Positions 57,659 through 64,000 of a DNA stretch of 64,000 bases are shown one piece after another. Source of the DNA: Rubripirellula sp. GTDB lineage: Bacteria; Planctomycetota; Planctomycetia; Pirellulales; Pirellulaceae. A program made the translations under genes and the position numbers. The notes under the pieces are model-generated. The model was not told where the DNA came from. It was given only the letters and a program-made list of their open reading frames with translations, and did no database searches. The DNA lies in NCBI GenBank assembly GCA_965216875.1, contig OZ244207.1:1600001-1664000 (forward strand), read 5' to 3'. How positions within the stretch are numbered: position 1 is the stretch's first letter; each line of letters opens with the position of its first letter.

Positions 57659-59979
57659 GGATGCGCACTCTCGTGAGCCGACGATTGTCCCTCTTTGTCT
57701 GGTCCCGGTGAGTAGTTCAGTAGTAGCGCGGGTAGGAACAGCAAGTCGGCGAAGAGCGCGCTGCCGATCGTGAGGATTCCCATCATTGCAAAGATGCGGT
57801 GGTCACGAGCGTCACTGATCAGAGCGGTCGCAAATCCAATGACCAGCACCACGGTGGTCATGATCAATGCCGTTCCCACACCCACAAAGGCTCGTCGAAT
57901 CGCTTCTCGTCGATCGCCAGTCAATTCAAGCTCTTCTTGAAACCGCGTTAGGAAGTGAATGGTGTCGTCGACCGCAATTCCCAAGCAGACGGTGAAGGCG
58001 CACACGGTGACGATCTCGAGGTATTGCCCCACGCTCCAGAGCAAGAAACCGGTTGCCGCGAGTGGAAACATGTTGGGGATGATCGAGATCAAACCAAGCC
58101 GGAGCGAACGATAGACAAACGTTAACACGACAAAGATGATCAAACTTGCAGTGCCAAGACTCTTGGCCAAGTCGACAACGATCTGATAGAGGTTCTCCCA
58201 GCGCCAAACCGCGTCGCCGCGAAGAGCCAGGGTGAAGTTCGGGTGTTCTTGCATGACCTCGCTAAGTCGCTCGTTCACGCGTTCAAAGACTGGGCCATAT
58301 TTCGCGATGCCAATGTCTTGCAAACGAAACTTGACTTCCGCCGTGTTCCATTCGGGTGTGTAATAGGCGCGTTTGAGCGGCGGCGGCAAGAGCTCAAGCA
58401 GCGACATCCGCGTCGAGGCGTCGCCTTCGCCGGGTAACGCATCAATCAGGCTGCAGATCGAGATGGGATGTCCGATCAACGGTTCTTGCCGAAGTGCAGC
58501 ATCGGCCTTCTGAACGACGGTGGCGATTTCACCATCGTCGGACGCTACTTTGTCATTCCATTCGACGTGAATGCGTGCGGTGTCCATGCCGCCCATGGCT
58601 CTATCAATGTGGGCCAGCGCTGATGCGGGTTCACTATTGGCCGGCAAACTACTCGTTCGGCGTTCGTCGGGACGAAGTTGGGCGGTGAAGATGGCGAGCA
58701 CGATCGTTGCTGCGATGGCAATCCAACCCATCGTGCGTGAATTCGCCAAAACAAAGTCGATCACGCCGGCGATTCGACTTAGGTTCTTATCCACGAGGTT
58801 GCGACCGTAGCCAGAGTGCACACGCCGACCCAAGAAACTGGAACAGGCCAAGGGGATGATGGTGATCACTGAAATGAAGGTCAGTAGGACGCCGATCACG
58901 CAGCAGTATCCGAATTCACGTACCACTTCGTGACGCGCCAGCACGAGTGACCCAAAACCGATGGCTGTGGTCAACGAGGTAAGCCAGCAGGCCAGCCCGA
59001 CTTCACGGATCGATTGTTTGGCGGCCGCGGCCGGTGCGAGCCCAGCGGCGCGATGCCGTCGGATTTGAACCATCATGTGCACGCCGTCTGTAAAGCCGAC
59101 CATGCAAAGCAGAACGGGAACGATGACCGTGTTGAACGGATTGTCGTTCAATCCCAGGAAATGAAGCATTCCCAGCGTCCAAAAAACACCGAACGCAGGT
59201 GCCATCGCAACGATCACGACCGACGACAATCCGCGAAACAGGATGAACGCGATGATCAGCGCAATCGAATACCCGATGGCTTGGTACTTAATCTCGTTCT
59301 CACGGTTGCTACGTGAACTGTTGATTTCGATCGGCACTTCACCCGTGACTTGGAACTCGATCTCGGCATTCGCAAACTCGCCGGCAGCCCCGGCCGCCGT
59401 ATCACGCAACAGGTCGGTGCAATCGAGGTCGTCGTTGACGTATAAGAAATCGATGTCGACCATCAACAACATCGTCTTCGCATCGGTCGACAAGAGTTGG
59501 CCGACGATCAAAGGGTGGGCAAGCGCTCGTTCCTTTGCCGCTTCGAATCTGGCGGGTGACGCATTGCGGCGAGGAAGGATTGGTTCGGGCAAACCGAAGA
59601 TGTTCATCATCGGGGCCATGTCCATCCACAACACGCTGGTCACGTGTGGAAGCGCTTCTAACTCTTCGACCACCGACCGCATGGCGTCGGCGCCGTCTGG
59701 CGTGAAGAAGTTCTCGCTTTGAGCAACCAAAATCGAATGGCCGCTGGCGACGCGAATCGGTTGAACGTTGGGCGGACGTTCCGGTTCAGCTTCTTCCGTG
59801 GTTGTGACTTCGGTTTGTGCCTCCGGTTCCTTTTCCTTTTCGGGAACGGGCTCGGGCAGGATCAAGTAGGGATCAATGTGCCCGACCGTCATGAGACCGG
59901 TGAAGATCACGAGCACGAAGGTTGTGATCCAGCGGTGATCGACAATCGCGTCGGCCAGCAATCCAAAACGTTGAAACAC
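57655..59979 (-). CDS. MMPL/RND-superfamily transporter
   Basis: Two repeats of periplasmic domain plus TM bundle; GFTDGVH, LTSLTTAIGFGSL, GIAVDDTIHF, ADLLFLPALL. Confidence 0.92.
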   Translation of the reverse strand: MFQRFGLLADAIVDHRWITTFVLVIFTGLMTVGHIDPYLILPEPVPEKEKEPEAQTEVTTTEEAEPERPPNVQPIRVASGHSILVAQSENFFTPDGADAMRSVVEELEALPHVTSVLWMDMAPMMNIFGLPEPILPRRNASPARFEAAKERALAHPLIVGQLLSTDAKTMLLMVDIDFLYVNDDLDCTDLLRDTAAGAAGEFANAEIEFQVTGEVPIEINSSRSNRENEIKYQAIGYSIALIIAFILFRGLSSVVIVAMAPAFGVFWTLGMLHFLGLNDNPFNTVIVPVLLCMVGFTDGVHMMVQIRRHRAAGLAPAAAAKQSIREVGLACWLTSLTTAIGFGSLVLARHEVVREFGYCCVIGVLLTFISVITIIPLACSSFLGRRVHSGYGRNLVDKNLSRIAGVIDFVLANSRTMGWIAIAATIVLAIFTAQLRPDERRTSSLPANSEPASALAHIDRAMGGMDTARIHVEWNDKVASDDGEIATVVQKADAALRQEPLIGHPISICSLIDALPGEGDASTRMSLLELLPPPLKRAYYTPEWNTAEVKFRLQDIGIAKYGPVFERVNERLSEVMQEHPNFTLALRGDAVWRWENLYQIVVDLAKSLGTASLIIFVVLTFVYRSLRLGLISIIPNMFPLAATGFLLWSVGQYLEIVTVCAFTVCLGIAVDDTIHFLTRFQEELELTGDRREAIRRAFVGVGTALIMTTVVLVIGFATALISDARDHRIFAMMGILTIGSALFADLLFLPALLLNYSPGPDKEGQSSAHESAHP

Positions 59980-60056
59980 AAGATGTCCGTCGATCGAGGT
60001 GGGCTAGAGAAACGTCCCGCAGGAACAGAGGTTGAGCAGCGTATCGGCCGCTGCGG

Positions 60057-62084
60057 CTAGCGAGACTTGTGATAGCGGTTTTGAAGCCGCCAATGCTGCT
60101 CTTCAACCAACTCGTGGCGACTCACTTCACCGTCCCGATTGTGGTCGAGATAGCTGTAACGCTGGACAACACGAGGCAATTCGAGAGTCGTCACCCGTCC
60201 GTCACCGTTTTTGTCAAATCGTTTGATGTAGGCGTCTGCGAAGGCTTCCGCTTCGACGAGGAGTTCGAGGTCGATCCGGCGCATCTCTTCGACGGCTTCC
60301 TTGGACCGTTTGGCGTTTTCAATGGAGGCCGATTTTTGGCGTGGTTCAGCGACGGCTAGAAAGGCAACGGCCATTTCCTGCCACGTTTGGTCGCCCCAGG
60401 TCACATACTCGGTTGGGTCAGGGTTGGTCGGGTTGTCAGCCGAATTGTCGAACACGGCGGTAAAGTCGATTGCTTCGACGGAAGATAACTCCATCGGCTC
60501 GACGAATTGGTAGTTGTGTTGCCAGTTGAAATCGTACTGAGGGACGCTGAGGAGTTTTTGGTTCGTTCCGTCCTGCGAGCGAGCCGTCATTTCAAACGAT
60601 TTGCCGCGAACATGCATGTGGGGTGTGATCGACAACAGAAAACCGTCTTTGGGAAACCAGCCGACATCGGCCGAAACGCGATGAGCCTTGTCATGAGGCT
60701 CAATCTCAAACTCTTGCTCGATCCCTGCGATTGCAAACACCTCATGCGTGACGTTGGCGTCGTCCTCGAACAGCAGTCCGATCTTGGTGATGTCCGACTC
60801 GGGTTTTCCGGTCGGCGTGTAATGCATCTGGAAAACGAATTTCGAGCCTGCGCGAACGCGCGTAGCGAATCCCTCGGGAAGCGTCGGCTGACGTTGGCCT
60901 GGCACGTAGCCGGCAAGTAGACCGATGTCGCGAAAGTCGGACCCGTCGGGCGGCCGAACAAAGGTGATGCAATGATGGACGACCGCGCGGTTGCCGGGGA
61001 TGACTTCCGCTCCACGAATCCAAACGTCTTTTTTGAATTTGGGGTCAACGACAAAGTACTGGTATTCGACTGTGCCCGTCGCAGGAACATCAAAGGGCGT
61101 GTCGCTCATCTTGAGGACGAGATCAGGATCTCGCTCCAGCTGCCAGCCTTTGACGTATTGCTTTGCAGCGGGTAGATCTGCAGCGTCGCCGTAGGGCATC
61201 CCGGCATCGACCCAGGCAGTGAGTGTCCTTTTCTCGGTGTCGGTCATGTGACGGGTGTTTGCGAACTCGCCATGGTTCGGATCGGCGTGCCAGGGCGGCA
61301 TCCGCCCTTGTTCGATCACCTCGAGCGACATGTCGGCCCAACCGACAATTTCGTCGTACTCGTCCAAATGGAAGGGACCAATTTCGCCTTCACGGTGACA
61401 TTCGACACAGTGTTTTTGCAGAATCCGCGCGACCTGATTGCAGTAGGTGATGTCGTTACTGGCAGAGCCGACGCTTCTGGGCATTGCGATCAAACATCCG
61501 ACCGGTTCGGTTTGCCGGACTTCGATCTTCTTTCCGGCAAGCGACGCGTCGATTGCATCACGCAAGTGGTGAACGCTCGGCTTGGGGCGTGCCACGCCCG
61601 GAAGGTATTGGTCATCAATTCGGCCGCGGTAGACGACGGTGCCGGCGCGATCGAGCACGATCACTTCTGGCGTGCGCGTGGCACCAAGTGCTTTGGCAAT
61701 GGATCGGTCGTAGTCCTTGACGACCGGAAACTTCACTTGGTGCGCCTCGACGTAAGCACTCAGGTCGTCTTTCGAATCTTGCACGTTGCTGTTGACGCCA
61801 ACAAAACGCACTCCGTCCGAGGCATAGCGAGTCGCCATTTCCTGAAGTCGTGGGCCGTACAGTTTCGCGAGCGGGCATTCCGTACCGAGGATGCAGATGA
61901 CGTGCAGCTTAGTGCCCACTTCGCTAAGGAAGAGAGGGTGCGCGTTGCCATCGGCGTCGGTGAGTGAGACATCCAACGCAGCCGTTTCGATCGATGCGAT
62001 TTCGGCGGCGGCACATGGGTGAAGTCCCTGCGGCAAGACCGAAAGTGCGAGCAGCAGGACAATCAGCTTCAGTTTCATTTTCAA
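60057..62084 (-). CDS. Secreted redoxin, cytochrome c (CxxCH), copper type II monooxygenase-like and EF-hand fusion protein
   Basis: LGTECPLA..VGVNSN..TRTPEV..YRGRIDDQY; CVECH..MPPW; VVHHC, PHMHVRGK, YDFNWQ, QEMAV; DKNGDGRVTTLEL, DHNRDGEVSRHEL. Confidence 0.88.
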   Translation of the reverse strand: MKMKLKLIVLLLALSVLPQGLHPCAAAEIASIETAALDVSLTDADGNAHPLFLSEVGTKLHVICILGTECPLAKLYGPRLQEMATRYASDGVRFVGVNSNVQDSKDDLSAYVEAHQVKFPVVKDYDRSIAKALGATRTPEVIVLDRAGTVVYRGRIDDQYLPGVARPKPSVHHLRDAIDASLAGKKIEVRQTEPVGCLIAMPRSVGSASNDITYCNQVARILQKHCVECHREGEIGPFHLDEYDEIVGWADMSLEVIEQGRMPPWHADPNHGEFANTRHMTDTEKRTLTAWVDAGMPYGDAADLPAAKQYVKGWQLERDPDLVLKMSDTPFDVPATGTVEYQYFVVDPKFKKDVWIRGAEVIPGNRAVVHHCITFVRPPDGSDFRDIGLLAGYVPGQRQPTLPEGFATRVRAGSKFVFQMHYTPTGKPESDITKIGLLFEDDANVTHEVFAIAGIEQEFEIEPHDKAHRVSADVGWFPKDGFLLSITPHMHVRGKSFEMTARSQDGTNQKLLSVPQYDFNWQHNYQFVEPMELSSVEAIDFTAVFDNSADNPTNPDPTEYVTWGDQTWQEMAVAFLAVAEPRQKSASIENAKRSKEAVEEMRRIDLELLVEAEAFADAYIKRFDKNGDGRVTTLELPRVVQRYSYLDHNRDGEVSRHELVEEQHWRLQNRYHKSR

Positions 62085-62248
62085 AACATTGAAAAGGCAG
62101 TTGGGCGATCAGAATGCGTTTGGGGAACGCCGATCGGTCGTTTGCATATTGTCGCCGCAAATCATTCAGGGGACAATCGCGTTCTGTCATCCGCTTGGCC
62201 AAAGTTTTTCGTTGTAGTGGCATCGGATGCTCCGGGAGACCGTGAATC

Positions 62249-62998
62249 TTGAGTGACGCCAACCAGCTATTTGTTGCGGGCACACAAAAAGGTGGCACAT
62301 CGTCGCTTTTTCGTTGCTTGATCAGCCATCCGGAGATTTCGCCCGCGACTCGCCCGGGCACGGATCAACTTGTCAAAGAGATGCATTTTTTCGGCAAGCA
62401 TTGGGGCGAAGGGGTTGCGTGGTATCGCTCACACTACGGTGGCGACGGGGGTTTTCATCTCGATGCGACGCCCAACTATCTGTGCACGCCCAACGCACAC
62501 GGCCGCATGCACGGTCTTTTTCCAGACGCACGCATCATCCTCTCCCTGCGCAATCCTGTGGATCGCGCTTTCAGTCAATACAATCACTACATGCAAGATA
62601 TGCCTGAATCGCGCTCGTGGGATTGGCAATGCCCAGGCGATCGATTCATTGACAACCTCGAAGCGGAAATCGAGTCGCCGAAACCCAAGTGGTACGGCAT
62701 GTTGCAACGAGGCTTTTACATTGACCAGATCGAACACCTGACCGCCTACTATCGTCGCGACCAAATTCACGTCATGGTGCTCGAGCAGTGGGCGACAAGC
62801 GTCCCCGCGATGCTAGACGGCATTGCGAGTTTCTTGGACATTGATTCAGCGCCAATGCAACAATGCGTTTCGCACGTTCGCGATTACACGGTCATGCCGA
62901 TGGAGCGTGAGATCCGCGAACGGCTCGGCTCGATCTATCGCCCCTACAATCGGCGTCTGTTTGAATGGCTTGGTTGCGAGATCCCCGAGTGGCAGTAG
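62249..62998 (+). CDS. PAPS-dependent sulfotransferase
   Basis: AGTQKGGTSSL (5'-PSB), KEMHFF, DATPNY, LRNPVDRAFSQY (3'-PB). Confidence 0.92.
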   Translation: MSDANQLFVAGTQKGGTSSLFRCLISHPEISPATRPGTDQLVKEMHFFGKHWGEGVAWYRSHYGGDGGFHLDATPNYLCTPNAHGRMHGLFPDARIILSLRNPVDRAFSQYNHYMQDMPESRSWDWQCPGDRFIDNLEAEIESPKPKWYGMLQRGFYIDQIEHLTAYYRRDQIHVMVLEQWATSVPAMLDGIASFLDIDSAPMQQCVSHVRDYTVMPMEREIRERLGSIYRPYNRRLFEWLGCEIPEWQ

Positions 62999-63005
62999 CT
63001 TGACC

Positions 63006-63503
63006 ATGCGATTGAAAATGAAGTCGTTCTCGATTCGCGCGCTTCTGGTGCTAACGCTATTGGTCGCGATCGTCCTCGCGTTCCCGGTCAAGAAAGCGAG
63101 GAAGCAAAAGCGCGGTCGGCAATGGGTCGCCGATCAACGCGGTCACGTCTACTTTGAATATGGACTTGACCACGCCACCGGCGACTATGCGATTCCCGTG
63201 ATCCCACAGTCCGTCGTGCGCTTGCTGGGGGTCGATCTATTCAACCCCGTGCGGACGGTTGTGTTTGATTGCGAAGAACTTGTCGAACTTGAACCGATCA
63301 CGGACATGCCGTCGCTGGAAACGGTCGTCATCAATATCGAGATGGCCGACTCGATTGATCTTTCGCCCCTGAAAGAGCTGCCTGAGCTAAAGGAATTGCA
63401 CTTGAGCGAATGGTCTCGTGCGTCGGCCGAACAAGTCGCTGAGTTGCGAGTCTGGATGCCGCAGGTCAAGATCATGTCGGATACCCATGGCGACGGTGGA
63501 TAG
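63006..63503 (+). CDS. Membrane-anchored hypothetical protein with short LRR-like C-terminus
   Basis: FSIRALLVLTLLVAIVLA planctomycete-type anchor; LEPITDMPSLETV..LSPLKELPELKELHL. Confidence 0.75.
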   Translation: MRLKMKSFSIRALLVLTLLVAIVLAFPVKKARKQKRGRQWVADQRGHVYFEYGLDHATGDYAIPVIPQSVVRLLGVDLFNPVRTVVFDCEELVELEPITDMPSLETVVINIEMADSIDLSPLKELPELKELHLSEWSRASAEQVAELRVWMPQVKIMSDTHGDGG

Positions 63504-63562
63504 AGCTTTTCTTGCCGGCCGCGTTATCGATAAGCCCTGCGATCAGCGAGTGAGAAACTGTC

Positions 63563-64000
63563 GTGCGCCTATGCTTGGATCGAATTGAAGCCGCATCGAG
63601 AGAAATCTCGCCGCTCTTTTGTCAGACGCCACAATTTGAATGTGAGCCGCTGTCGAATGCCCTGGGGTGTTCGGTGACGTTGAAGGTCGAAACGATCAAT
63701 CCGATTCGATGTTTCAAGGGTCGCGGGACGGAAGTCGCCGTTTCTCGAGCAATTGGCCAAGGTGCCGATTCGGTGGTGTGCGCGAGTGCCGGGAATCTTG
63801 GACAAGCGGTTGCCTACAGTTCACGCCGCCTTCACATCCGATCAACCGTCGTTGCTTCTCGGTCCGCCGCCAGATTCAAACTTGACCGAATTACGAGTCT
63901 TGGAGCAACGCTTGAATTAGTCGATGGGGATATTGAACAGGCCAGGGATGTGGCACGCCGCATTTCGCAAGAAGAGGGAGCCTATTTGATCGAGGACAGC
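63563..64000 (+). CDS. PLP-dependent threonine/serine dehydratase-family protein, 5' part; runs off the window
   Basis: Hand-translated from GTG 63563: ..LDRIEAASREISPLFCQTPQF..LKVETINPIRCFKGRG..VVCASAGNLGQAVAY..LGATLELVDGD..YLIEDS. Not in the ORF track. Confidence 0.9.
   Translation, partial: MRLCLDRIEAASREISPLFCQTPQFECEPLSNALGCSVTLKVETINPIRCFKGRGTEVAVSRAIGQGADSVVCASAGNLGQAVAYSSRRLHIRSTVVASRSAARFKLDRITSLGATLELVDGDIEQARDVARRISQEEGAYLIEDS

Noticed and set aside
1..64000. tRNA/rRNA genes, integrase, IS or RAYT transposase, prophage
   Set aside because: None recognised by eye or in the ORF translations; tRNAscan-SE, Infernal and HMM searches would be needed to exclude them formally.

Overview
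GC-rich bacterial chromosomal DNA, most likely a Planctomycete (Pirellulaceae-like). The lineage call rests on LEPRxLL-type export motifs, a PSD1/DUF1549-DUF1553 plus DUF1501 pair, a PVC-type heme protein, an ASPIC/UnbV protein and a sulfatase. About 38 CDS can be supported. Housekeeping genes include ppdK, nnrE, truB, ftsK, tsaB, a NUDIX hydrolase, an aquaporin, a fatty-acid desaturase and a PpiC-type foldase; many others are large secreted or multidomain proteins. Two real genes cut by the window edges are missing from the ORF track (1-1068 minus; 63563-64000 plus, PLP-dependent dehydratase). No rRNA, tRNA, CRISPR, integrase or transposase was seen. The most striking non-coding signal is a set of about seven distinct short palindromic REP-like families, most starting with GTAG, that fill many intergenic gaps. 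They combine into mosaics, including a 4 x ~215 bp tandem array upstream of ftsK, and in several places supply a gene's stop codon. Other leads are structured leaders upstream of ppdK and the desaturase, a direct-repeat operator for a XylR-controlled cytochrome/DUF1501 module, a redoxin-heme-Cu-monooxygenase-EF-hand fusion next to an MMPL exporter and a sulfotransferase, and a poly-Glu/Tyr tail on FtsK. All family assignments come from motif recognition, not database searches.
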